A DNA stretch of 64,000 nucleotides, from the IMG/VR virus record IMGVR_UViG_3300042090_002485, positions 1 through 64,000 of that record; one strand, written 5' to 3'. Positions 16,400 to 25,193 of this stretch are shown here, piece by piece (position 1 is the stretch's first letter; each line of letters begins with the position of its first letter). The notes under the pieces were generated by a model that saw only the letters and a list, made by a program, of their open reading frames with translations, was not told the DNA's origin and did no database searches. The DNA is from a virus. The position numbers were made by a program, and so were the translations under genes.

Positions 16400-17305
16400 A
16401 TGGCGCTCCTGACTGTGACCAACCTGTCGACCAGCAACATCGGGATCCAGGACCCCACCGGCCTCTATCCCGCCGCCAGCTTCCAGATCAAAGGGAGCGG
16501 GACTTACGGCCCGGTCGAGTTGCCTCTTGGTGAGATCGCTGCGATCGAGGCGATCCTCATCGCCGAGAAGACCGCAGGCAACATCACCTACACGATCACC
16601 AACGATCCGGCGGTGCAGACCGACGTGCCCCCGTCGCACGAGGTCACGGTCTTGGTCACACCGTACGACGCTGTTGCAGGTGACCACGACATCCTCACCA
16701 ACCTGACCGCACCCGGCGCTGTTTCCGTCGTGCTTTCCGCCGCCGCGCCAATCGGTCAGACGGTGCGCGTCATCGACGAGAAGGGTGATGCGGGCACCAA
16801 CAACATCACGATCACGGTTGCCAGTGCCGGCACGATCAACGGCGGCGCCAACATCGTCATCAACACCAATCGCGGCTGGGCGACGCTGCTCAAGACGGGC
16901 ACCAACGCGTGGGCTGCTGTGGCGTCGACGTCGGCTTCGTCGGGCGCCGCTGGCGGTGACCTGACGGGGTCTTATCCGAACCCGTCGCTCGCGTCGATCT
17001 TCAAGAGCGCGCCTGCGACGCTCTCGGGGGCAGGCACGATCGACGTGACCAAGCGGACGACGCTGTTCACCTCGACCGGGGCAGGCAACGCGCTCGTGCT
17101 CCCCGACGGTTCCGAGGCGGGTCAGCGGCTGACCCTCATCCATACGGTCAAGGGCGCGTCGGGCACCGGTGTCATCACGCCGACCCACGCAGGCAACTTC
17201 GCAACCGCGACTGTCACCAGCAAGTGGGACTGGTACGAGTTCGAATGGTCGGGCTCAGCGTGGAACGCTGTCGGTGGCGCCGTCGCGCCCACCGGTCTCG
17301 CCTAA
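16400..17305 (+). CDS. virion structural protein (fibre- or decoration-like)
   Basis: Thr/Gly/Ala/Val-rich beta protein with GGDLTGSYPNPSLA, a motif typical of phage tail fibres. Confidence 0.65.
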   Translation: MALLTVTNLSTSNIGIQDPTGLYPAASFQIKGSGTYGPVELPLGEIAAIEAILIAEKTAGNITYTITNDPAVQTDVPPSHEVTVLVTPYDAVAGDHDILTNLTAPGAVSVVLSAAAPIGQTVRVIDEKGDAGTNNITITVASAGTINGGANIVINTNRGWATLLKTGTNAWAAVASTSASSGAAGGDLTGSYPNPSLASIFKSAPATLSGAGTIDVTKRTTLFTSTGAGNALVLPDGSEAGQRLTLIHTVKGASGTGVITPTHAGNFATATVTSKWDWYEFEWSGSAWNAVGGAVAPTGLA

Positions 17306-17311
17306 CACGCG

Positions 17312-17629
17312 ATGGGCGCTGACCACGCGGATGCCGGCCAGCCCATGCCGGCTGACCTGGTGGCGCGCCCGTGCGTCGGCTACCACCGCTTCGCGACCGC
17401 GACGCGGCAGATCTCGCTGCGCAACACCGGCGTCAACACGCTGTGGGTGTCTTTCGACAAGAAGAAGTGGCACGACGTCGCGTGCGGGACTTCGTGGGAC
17501 GACCGTGTCAGTGCGAAGGGGTTCTGGTACTGCACGCAGGTCGGTGTGACGTCGTTCGTGGTGATGGGGATCGCACTCAACCTGGTGCGCATGGACGCGC
17601 CTAAGCCGGACCCGGAAGAGCTGGCGTAG
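17312..17629 (+). CDS. hypothetical protein
   Basis: Co-oriented and tightly spaced. Confidence 0.6.
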   Translation: MGADHADAGQPMPADLVARPCVGYHRFATATRQISLRNTGVNTLWVSFDKKKWHDVACGTSWDDRVSAKGFWYCTQVGVTSFVVMGIALNLVRMDAPKPDPEELA

Positions 17630-18091
17630 GTGCCGTTCACGCACTACCCCAAACTCTCAGCGAACGTCATCTGCGCGTGGGTGCAGCCGGCACCGCCGGA
17701 CAAGCCGAACTTCCTCGGGCACCCGCGGTTCGCGATGCTGAACCGCTTCGTCAAGCCCCTCGAGCCCGGCTCAACCCTCGTCGCGTACCAAGAAGCGATC
17801 AACTTCACGCGGTTCTTCGGCTCCATCGCGTGCGACCAGCCCCTCGAAGTCGTCGTGACCTTCTCGAACGACGAGGTCGACGACGACGGGCACTACGTGA
17901 CCGACGAGAACATCTACCAGCTTCACTACGACGCCGAAGAGCGACGCCACCTGTACGACCCGAGCAAGCAGGCCGCGACCGGGAAGTTCTTTTCGATGAT
18001 CTTCGGGCGCTGGCTTCGCGTCGAGGTCAAGAACGTCGGCACGTCGCCCACCGGGCTTCTTCGCCTCTACGTGCGTGGATCCGTGTTCTAG
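17630..18091 (+). CDS. hypothetical protein
   Basis: GTG immediately after the previous TAG; typical codon usage. Confidence 0.65.
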   Translation: MPFTHYPKLSANVICAWVQPAPPDKPNFLGHPRFAMLNRFVKPLEPGSTLVAYQEAINFTRFFGSIACDQPLEVVVTFSNDEVDDDGHYVTDENIYQLHYDAEERRHLYDPSKQAATGKFFSMIFGRWLRVEVKNVGTSPTGLLRLYVRGSVF

Positions 18092-18105
18092 TTTATGTGA
18101 TAAAC
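18091..18105. promoter_or_regulatory. palindrome GTTTAT-GTG-ATAAAC upstream of the BCCP-like gene
   Basis: Perfect 6-bp inverted repeat, 7 nt before ATG 18113. Confidence 0.55.
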
Positions 18106-18112
18106 ATCGCCG

Positions 18113-18352
18113 ATGGCCATTCGCAAGGTTGAGGCGCAGGTCGCGGGCAGCGTGCTCACGCACTCTGTCGGCGTCGGGCAGCACATCACGCAAGGAACGA
18201 CGATCATCATCCTCGAGTGCATGAAGATGGAGATCCCGCACGAGGCGCCGTGTGCCGGCGCCGTGGTCTGGCTCGAGGCCTGCGCCAAGACCGTAGAGGT
18301 GGGGGACGTCGTTGCTACGCTGGACGACGCGCCAGCGCCCTCGCGGCCATGA
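18113..18352 (+). CDS. stand-alone biotinyl/lipoyl carrier (BCCP-like) protein
   Basis: V.A...G.V...V..G..I..G.....LECMKMEIPHEAPCAG.V; the biotin-accepting Lys of ExMKM is kept. Confidence 0.85.
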   Translation: MAIRKVEAQVAGSVLTHSVGVGQHITQGTTIIILECMKMEIPHEAPCAGAVVWLEACAKTVEVGDVVATLDDAPAPSRP

Positions 18353-19841
18353 CGCCGAGTGGGATCGACGCGCCGATCGCGGCCATCTCGCCGCCGCTGA
18401 ACGGGTTCTTCGCGTACGGCGTCCAGCCGGCTCCGGTCTGGCGCTGGCCCGCGTGGAGCGACAGCAGCTTCTCGTGGCGGGACAGGCCCGACGCGTCGAT
18501 GCCGGCCGCAGCGAGCTGCTGGTCGAGGGCGTCGCCCCAGCCAGCCTGCGGCCGGATCTTCATCATCGTGCCGCCACCGAGGTCGATCGCGTCGCCGCCC
18601 AGCGTGTCGAACGCTCGGTTGCCGACGTCGATCGACTTCTCGTAGTCGAGCAGGTCGTGGGTGCGCGCGCCGCGGCCGCGCTGCAGCACCTGCTGCCGGA
18701 TCGTCGCGGGGTCCCGGTTGATGTGGATGGCCGCGTCGAACAGCTCGGGGTCGTAGCTGCGCAGGAGCTGCTGGTGCTCGAGGATCTCACCCGCGTGCGG
18801 CGCGTACGGCGTCTTCTCGATGTCGCCGCCTCCCAGCAGCTGGTGCGCGCGCATGTGCGGGCGCCAGTCGAGCCCGTGGTGTCGCAGGCCCATCTGCTGC
18901 GCGAGCGCCTTGGAGAGCACCGTCTTGCCGGCGCCCGACGGCGCGTCGACGGCCATCCGCAGGGCCGACGGGTCGATGCCGCGCTGGGTCAGTGCCTCGT
19001 GCGCACGGGCGGCTTGCGCTAGCACCTCTGCGGGGATCGCTTGTTCAGCGTCCTGCTGGTGGATGTCGCCGGGGTTGTGCAGGCTGTTCGCGAGGTCGGC
19101 GTGAATGCCGGGCTTGTGGGCGAGCAACGCGCCGCCGACAGCGAGCGGAATGGCAGCGCCGACTGCGGTAGGCAACACTGCGCCGGTCTTGAGGACCTGC
19201 GTGCTGTCCCCCTGTCCTGCCGCCAGGCCTCCGATCGGCGACACGCGCGCAGGAATCGCGACGTCGGGTCGATTGACGGGCGGCGGCTGTTTCAGCGGCG
19301 TGAGCTGCGCGCGCGGGTCGTTCTGTTGGCGGTACTCATCGAAACGGTCGAGTACACGGTCCTGATGCATGAGGTGCATCTGGTAGTCGCGCCTCAGGTT
19401 CCGTGGTTGCCATCCGGGCGCAGGGCCCACCTGCGTCTGTTCTCGGGTCTTCGGCGCGAGCGGGAGGTTGGTGACCTTCTGCTGATGGAATGCCGCAGCG
19501 CCACCAGGCGTCGTCGACGACAGACCACGCTGGTCGAGCAGTGCGTTGGCCCGGTCGAGCGCCTTCACACCGCCGCCATGCTCGGCGCTCTGCCAGGGCA
19601 GACGTGCTGACAGGCTTCGCATCGCTTCGCTTTGCGGCGTCGGAGCCAGCTCACCGCCGCTACCGTGCTCGCGGAAGAACTGCCCCAAACCCGGGCGCAG
19701 CTGCGCGTTGGGCTGTGCAGCGATCTGCGATGCGCGCTCGGTCATCGCTGGCGCCAGCGCGCGGCCGCCGCGCGTCGCCGCGTTGGTCAGCGCGCGCGCG
19801 TACGTGCTGCCGAGGATGGCGAGCTTCTCGAAGATATCCAC
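18315..19841 (-). CDS. probable internal virion protein with a C-terminal P-loop NMP-kinase-like domain
   Basis: MAVDAPSGAGKTVLSKALAQQMGL resembles the cytidylate kinase P-loop; N-terminal EKLA. Confidence 0.7.
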   Translation of the reverse strand: MDIFEKLAILGSTYARALTNAATRGGRALAPAMTERASQIAAQPNAQLRPGLGQFFREHGSGGELAPTPQSEAMRSLSARLPWQSAEHGGGVKALDRANALLDQRGLSSTTPGGAAAFHQQKVTNLPLAPKTREQTQVGPAPGWQPRNLRRDYQMHLMHQDRVLDRFDEYRQQNDPRAQLTPLKQPPPVNRPDVAIPARVSPIGGLAAGQGDSTQVLKTGAVLPTAVGAAIPLAVGGALLAHKPGIHADLANSLHNPGDIHQQDAEQAIPAEVLAQAARAHEALTQRGIDPSALRMAVDAPSGAGKTVLSKALAQQMGLRHHGLDWRPHMRAHQLLGGGDIEKTPYAPHAGEILEHQQLLRSYDPELFDAAIHINRDPATIRQQVLQRGRGARTHDLLDYEKSIDVGNRAFDTLGGDAIDLGGGTMMKIRPQAGWGDALDQQLAAAGIDASGLSRHEKLLSLHAGQRQTGAGWTPYAKNPFSGGEMAAIGASIPLGVMAARALARRPA

Positions 19842-19843
19842 AG

Positions 19844-20164
19844 CTACGTCCTCAGTGCACCCATCGACTGTGGCGCCGGGCCCGGCGCGCCAGCGAGCTG
19901 CGGCGGCGAGCCGACCGTCGAACCGACGGTGTTGGGCGGCGTCTGTGGCGACGTCGACTGCGGTAGCTGCAGTGGCATCGTACCGTCGAGCGCCGCGCAG
20001 TCGCCGGGCGCGTGTGACATCGGCGGGACCGCTCCAGACGGAGGGACATCCTGGCCGTTCTCGACGTCGGCGACGAACTGATCGACTTGCGTGGGTGGCC
20101 CGAGGGCGAACTTGGCGCGCGCGGCGCGGCCGCCGCTCTCGAACGCGATGCGCATCAGCGACAT
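19844..20164 (-). CDS. small tagged virion-region protein
   Basis: Starts MSLMRIAFESGGRAARAKFA; Pro-rich tail. Confidence 0.65.
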   Translation of the reverse strand: MSLMRIAFESGGRAARAKFALGPPTQVDQFVADVENGQDVPPSGAVPPMSHAPGDCAALDGTMPLQLPQSTSPQTPPNTVGSTVGSPPQLAGAPGPAPQSMGALRT

Positions 20165-20724
20165 CAGAACCCTCCGGTCATGGGAGCGTAGACGAGGTCG
20201 CGCTGGCGACGGTCTTCCTCGTTCTGGTTGTGGAGGCCGTACGCGAGCGCGCCCGCGGTGCCGAGCGCGGCCAGTCCGAGTCCACGCCGAGTGCCGCGCA
20301 TGAAACGGCCTGCGCCGCCGGCCGCGGCTGACGCCGCTCCTGCCGCTGCGGGCGCGGCGGCCGGTGCAAGCGACTGTGCCGCGGGCTTGGGCGCAGGCAG
20401 CTCTGCGTGCGCCGGGGCGACGTTCGCTGCCTGTTGGCCCCGCACCGCAGCGTGCGCAGCGGCCCACGCCGGGTCGGGCGACGCGGGCGTGGCGGGCGCC
20501 GGCGGGGCTCCAGCACCGTGGCGGGCCTGCATGAACGACTGCTGCCACTCGGGCATCGCCTGGTGCTGGAACATCGGCCCGCGTTTTTGGCGCAACGCCG
20601 GCATCGGCATCGACGGCGGCACGACTGCGTTGTGGACCTGCGCCAGGTGCGGCGCGGCCATGTCGGCGAGCTTGAAGTGCTCGAGCGCGGCTGCGCGGCC
20701 ACGGTCTGCCGCGTGGCGTAGCAT
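20164..20724 (-). CDS. small tagged virion-region protein with a C-terminal TM segment
   Basis: Starts MLRHAADRGRAAALEHFKLAD; GLGLAALGTAGALAYG. Confidence 0.7.
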   Translation of the reverse strand: MLRHAADRGRAAALEHFKLADMAAPHLAQVHNAVVPPSMPMPALRQKRGPMFQHQAMPEWQQSFMQARHGAGAPPAPATPASPDPAWAAAHAAVRGQQAANVAPAHAELPAPKPAAQSLAPAAAPAAAGAASAAAGGAGRFMRGTRRGLGLAALGTAGALAYGLHNQNEEDRRQRDLVYAPMTGGF

Positions 20725-21092
20725 TATCCCACCGCGAGGAAGACGACGTTGCAGGGGCCCGTCGTTGTGATGAATGCAGAGGTCGGGAACGGCGTCTGCG
20801 GATTGACCCACAGGAAGTAGCCACCGACGGCGAGTGGCCACGCAGCGTCGGCGTCGGACTGCCACGAGATCGTGCAGCTGCCCGAGCCAACGTAGACGAA
20901 GACGCCCTTGGCTCCCGGACTCGCGAGCGTGCCGAAGTTGACAGGGTCGTTGGAGATCGCTCCCGTGTAGCTGCGCTGGAAGTCGGCGCGCGCCGTGAAG
21001 CCCAGCGACGCCGCCAGGCTGATCGCGGCGACGGTGCCGCCGTCCACGAGGGGGATGGCGAGCGATCCCTGGACGGCCAGTGCCTGCGTCAT
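20724..21092 (-). CDS. hypothetical structural protein
   Basis: CCTATAATT motif and GAGG directly upstream. Confidence 0.7.
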   Translation of the reverse strand: MTQALAVQGSLAIPLVDGGTVAAISLAASLGFTARADFQRSYTGAISNDPVNFGTLASPGAKGVFVYVGSGSCTISWQSDADAAWPLAVGGYFLWVNPQTPFPTSAFITTTGPCNVVFLAVG

Positions 21093-21119
21093 GTCCTCAA
21101 TTATAGGTGTCGACGATCG

Positions 21120-22151
21120 CTACGACTTCGGCCAGCCGGCAGCGAGGCCGGCTTTCGCGATCGACTCGGCCTGCGTGCGTGTGAGCAGCACGGGGGCCTT
21201 CGCGAGCGCGCCGACGGCCAGGCCTTGCGCCTGTGCGAGCGTCGCCATCGGCGACGCAGGCGGCGTTGGCGTCGGGTTCGGCGTCGGGCTCGGGTTCGGC
21301 GTCGGGCTCGGGGCCGGCTGTGGGACGGGCACGCTGCCGCCCATCGAGTCGAAGTCCGCGATGAGGTCCGTCCACGCGACGCCGTTCGGCGCCTTGGCCG
21401 CACCCTTCGCGAGTTGGTCCGGCGAGCACAGTACGTAGACGGCGCCGCCGGCCTTCTGCACGGCCAGCGCAGCGATGGCCGCCCAGGTGAGTGTGCCGCC
21501 GTTGCCGGTCGTCGGGTCGACGAGGCCCCACGAGTCGATGTCGACACCCGTCGTGCCGTAGCCGTAGCCGATGACGCAGTGGCCGTTGTTCGGGTCGGGC
21601 GCACCGACGTCCCAGACATAGCCTGGTCCGCTCGGGAACGGGTTGACCCACGCGTCCGGCAGCTCGAGTCCGAAGTACAGGTTCTCGAACAGGTAGAGCG
21701 CCTGCATCAGCTCGGTCTTGTTGGTCGCGTCGACCGCGAGCCAGCCGAGAAGCTTGGTGCCGTTGGCGAAGCCGTGCTGCGTCCAGTAGTTCAGCGCGGT
21801 CGGCTCGTCGCAACCGTTGTCGGTCGACGGGTCGCCGGGGACGTAGCCGCCGATCGCGGAGTAGTCCGCGATGATTTGAGCGCTCGTCGCGTGGAACAGG
21901 TCGCCGGCGTTGCCGGTCTCCGTGCCCTCGACATGGTAGCCGCCGCTCACCACACAACAGCCGAGCGTGTCGTTGCAGAAGATGTCGGTGAGCACCGGCA
22001 TCGCTGCGGCCGCATAGCGCGTCGAGGTCGGCGGCGGCGGCAGGTTCGCGCGGAGGTAGTTGTGAAGCCGGAAGTGCGGCCCGATCGCGACGGGGCGCTT
22101 GCGGCCAAACCGGGCGGTGCCCTTGGCGTGCGTGATGGTCTTGACGGGCAT
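21120..22151 (-). CDS. papain-like (C1-type) cysteine peptidase with a Pro-rich linker
   Basis: NDTLGCCVVSGGYH (Cys), GHCVIGYGY (His), DSWG; PxPxP linker. Confidence 0.7.
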   Translation of the reverse strand: MPVKTITHAKGTARFGRKRPVAIGPHFRLHNYLRANLPPPPTSTRYAAAAMPVLTDIFCNDTLGCCVVSGGYHVEGTETGNAGDLFHATSAQIIADYSAIGGYVPGDPSTDNGCDEPTALNYWTQHGFANGTKLLGWLAVDATNKTELMQALYLFENLYFGLELPDAWVNPFPSGPGYVWDVGAPDPNNGHCVIGYGYGTTGVDIDSWGLVDPTTGNGGTLTWAAIAALAVQKAGGAVYVLCSPDQLAKGAAKAPNGVAWTDLIADFDSMGGSVPVPQPAPSPTPNPSPTPNPTPTPPASPMATLAQAQGLAVGALAKAPVLLTRTQAESIAKAGLAAGWPKS

Positions 22152-22161
22152 GGAGGGCTCC

Positions 22162-22983
22162 CTACTTCTTCTTGCCGTGGTTGAACTTCTTGCCGGGCGC
22201 GAGTGCGTTGAGCAGCTTCGCCTTGGTGTCGAGATCGACAGCGCCGCCGTATCGTGTCGACGCGACGACAGGCGCGGCGCTGCCTGAACCGCTGCCAGCG
22301 CCGCTGCCGCTCGTCGGGTAGTCGTCGACGATGCAGGCGACGAGGTTTGGGCCGAACGAGGTTGCCAGGCCCTCAAGCACCGGGATAACGGCGGTGATGC
22401 CATCGGAAACCACGCCTGCAATCGCGCCCCACACGGCCGCGACGACCTGCGTGACGGTGTAGCCGTCGCTGACGACGATCGCCTCAGCCTTCACGCAGTC
22501 GACGATGTCAGTGACGATCGGAGGAGCGCTTGCACAGCCTGTTGGACCGAGTGCGACGCCCTCGACCACGTCGGCCGTGTCGAGCGTCGGCGCGGGGGTC
22601 GAGCTGTTCCGCGCCAGCTGCACGATCAGCAGGAGCGCAGTGGCAACGATAAGAAGAAGGCCCACGCGTGCGCGACCAGACTGCGGCGCGCGCGGCGCAG
22701 CCGGGATGCTCTTGCCGGCCGCATCTCGAAAGACCCCGTTCTCGACGGTGTGGCCGTACAGCAGGGCATGCATTTCGACCTCGTGTGCATGCGCCATCTT
22801 CAGCTTGGTTTGCTGTGCGGTCTGCCAACCCTGGACGCCGAGGATGACCATGATCGGTGTGATGAGGCCGACGATGGTCTGGACCGGGATGTTGTAGCCG
22901 AACACCGCGGCTGTGGACGCCGCTGCGGTCAGCAGCGCGATGATGAAGGCCTTGTTCTCGATCAGCGTGATGAACTTGCTCAT
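22162..22983 (-). CDS. membrane protein with a holin-like 2-TM N-terminus and a lipoprotein-like C-terminal part
   Basis: Three hydrophobic segments; internal GC-AS-PP-V..IVDC. Confidence 0.6.
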   Translation of the reverse strand: MSKFITLIENKAFIIALLTAAASTAAVFGYNIPVQTIVGLITPIMVILGVQGWQTAQQTKLKMAHAHEVEMHALLYGHTVENGVFRDAAGKSIPAAPRAPQSGRARVGLLLIVATALLLIVQLARNSSTPAPTLDTADVVEGVALGPTGCASAPPIVTDIVDCVKAEAIVVSDGYTVTQVVAAVWGAIAGVVSDGITAVIPVLEGLATSFGPNLVACIVDDYPTSGSGAGSGSGSAAPVVASTRYGGAVDLDTKAKLLNALAPGKKFNHGKKK

Positions 22984-23243
22984 TGGATCTCTCCTGGGCC
23001 CCGCACCGAGACGGAGCCCTTCTCCGCCGGACGGTCTCCATGCGTGTGGACGTGGCCGGCCTTCTGTTTGAGGGAGCCCCGATACGACGGGATGGTCACG
23101 GTGTGTAGACGCCCGCCCAGAATTTCGTCGTTCTCGGTGGCGATGCGTCCACAGAACGGGCACGACGCGACGTCAGCTTCGGGGCGATGCGTGTGCTCGA
23201 ACCGCACACCGCAGGTGCAGGCGTACTCCCTCAGGATTCGCAC
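22980..23243 (-). CDS. FmdB-like Zn-ribbon protein
   Basis: REYACTCGVRFE...CPFCG; GTG start just after a CCTATCATT motif. Confidence 0.7.
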   Translation of the reverse strand: MRILREYACTCGVRFEHTHRPEADVASCPFCGRIATENDEILGGRLHTVTIPSYRGSLKQKAGHVHTHGDRPAEKGSVSVRGPGEIQ

Positions 23244-23286
23244 GACCGGGAATGATAGGTCGCGCTTGTCGGATAAACAAAACCGC

Positions 23287-24996
23287 TTAGCAGAGGTCAG
23301 CGGCGGTCGTTGTGTTGGTCGTGCCTGTGTTGGGATTGCGCGGGTCGTTGGTTGCGACCGGTGTGCCGTCGTCTGCAATCACTGGCGTGCTTGGAGGCGG
23401 CACTGGCGCCGGTGTTCCCGTTGGCAGTGGCAGCATGTTCGGCCCGAACACGGCCGTCTCGGCGGATGTGATTGCGGTGTCGATCGCGGCCAACAGGCCC
23501 ATCAGCGGGTTGCCCGCAGCCGCGGGGCCGAACATTGCGTCGAAAAATGTCATCGTGGCCGCGAGGTCGGCCAGGCGTGGCGCGCCCGCGACGAAGCACA
23601 CACCGCAGACGTACTCGCCGTTGTGGAACGGCGGCGCGGTGGGGTCAGACGCGTCGCCCAGGCGCGTCGCGAGCTGCTGCAGCAGGTACGTGTTGCCACC
23701 TGACGCGCTCGACATCTGCGTGACGTACATGCTCGGCATCGGGCGCGCGAATGCTGCGGCTGTGCGTTGGATGTCTGCGACCAACGTTTGCGCGTTCGCA
23801 CCCAAGCGTGATGCTGCTGCCGATGCGAGCTGTGATGCCGCTGCCAGGCGACTCGACGCCGAGTTTCCGTTGGGAGCTGCGAGTAGCCCGCTGACCTGCG
23901 CGATCATCGCGTCCGCGGCGTCGGCGACTGCGGGGAATGCCTGTAGTGCTGAGCCCGCGCCGACCCAGCTCGGGCCCACCCCGGTTTGTGGGGCTGGCGG
24001 CTTGACCGCGGACACCTTGGTCACGTTTGAGACGCGGTCGAACGGCAGCGTCGTCGCTGTCGCGCCGTTCTCGGCGGCGGCGACTTCCCATGCGACGCAG
24101 TAGTACGCGGGCGTCGCCGGCGGACTTGCGTCGAGGTACGACGACGTCGTGCCCGTGCCAACGGCCAGCACCGTGGCTGGCCCCGCTGTCATCCCGGCCG
24201 TGAGCGCCTGGGTCGAGAAGAAGTCGAGGACCGACCGCGCGGCTTGTGCGCTCGCGTCGGTCGAGCGGATGACGGCGTAGCGCGACACCTTGCTGGAGAC
24301 GCCGGGGAAGTACAGCGACGAGAATGCACCCGAGGGCGGGTCCCACGACAGCTGCACGCCGACACCGGGTGAGGCGTTCGCGGGGACCGCCTTGAGGTTC
24401 TGCGGTACCGGGACCGTGCGTGCTGCGGCCGCGCTGTCGCCCTGCGGCGCGACGAGTACGTCGAGGGTCGACGCCGCCGCTACGATCGCAGGGAATGTCG
24501 GGGCCCCCACGAGCAGGACGGCCATCGCAACCGCGTCGGTCTGGGCGTCGTACTGCGGGCGGTTCGGGTCCTGGACGTTCATCATCGCGGACGCGAACGT
24601 GCGATAGAATCCGGCGTTGCCCCCGAGGCCGGAGATCATGTCGGCGTAGGCCGCCGCGTCGATAGCCCCCGTGCTGCCCCCCGATTGGTTCAGCGCACCC
24701 TGGAGGTCGTCCAGTGTTGGAGGGAGCGTGGCAACTCCCTGGCCGGGTATCGTCTTGGCGATGGGAATCGTCAGGACGTGGACAGGACCGCCCTCGAGCA
24801 AGGACTGGAGCGTGTCCAGGATGGCCTGGACCACGAGTGCGGTTGGGTCCGGCGGGGACGGCAGCGCGGGAATGGACGGCAGCGACGCTGGCGCGGCGGA
24901 CAGCGCCGTCGACAGCGCGCTTGCGGCGCCTTGCACGGCCGCTGTCAGCGCGGGCGGGATCAGCTGGTTCGGATTGATGACGGCCCAGTTGGTCAC
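23287..24996 (-). CDS. baseplate/tail protein with an FN3-like domain
   Basis: VPQNLKA...VQLSWDPP...Y.V.R...YYCV; lies next to the spike gene. Confidence 0.6.
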   Translation of the reverse strand: MTNWAVINPNQLIPPALTAAVQGAASALSTALSAAPASLPSIPALPSPPDPTALVVQAILDTLQSLLEGGPVHVLTIPIAKTIPGQGVATLPPTLDDLQGALNQSGGSTGAIDAAAYADMISGLGGNAGFYRTFASAMMNVQDPNRPQYDAQTDAVAMAVLLVGAPTFPAIVAAASTLDVLVAPQGDSAAAARTVPVPQNLKAVPANASPGVGVQLSWDPPSGAFSSLYFPGVSSKVSRYAVIRSTDASAQAARSVLDFFSTQALTAGMTAGPATVLAVGTGTTSSYLDASPPATPAYYCVAWEVAAAENGATATTLPFDRVSNVTKVSAVKPPAPQTGVGPSWVGAGSALQAFPAVADAADAMIAQVSGLLAAPNGNSASSRLAAASQLASAAASRLGANAQTLVADIQRTAAAFARPMPSMYVTQMSSASGGNTYLLQQLATRLGDASDPTAPPFHNGEYVCGVCFVAGAPRLADLAATMTFFDAMFGPAAAGNPLMGLLAAIDTAITSAETAVFGPNMLPLPTGTPAPVPPPSTPVIADDGTPVATNDPRNPNTGTTNTTTAADLC

Positions 24997-25193
24997 GGCG
25001 GCAGTCTCTTCATCGCACGCGCGAGCGCCGCGGTGTTTTTGGCGCGGTGCCCCATCTCGACGCGCAGCGCGCGCGCGTACAGCTCCGCGAGCCGCGACAG
25101 CACCGCACCGACCGCGGGTGCCTCTGCTTGCCAGCTGGAGCGTCGCGGGGCGTCGCCGCGCAGCACGAAGACGTGTTTCTTGGGACCGCTCAT
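24993..25193 (-). CDS. small hypothetical protein
   Basis: Overlap coupling on both sides. Confidence 0.5.
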   Translation of the reverse strand: MSGPKKHVFVLRGDAPRRSSWQAEAPAVGAVLSRLAELYARALRVEMGHRAKNTAALARAMKRLPP

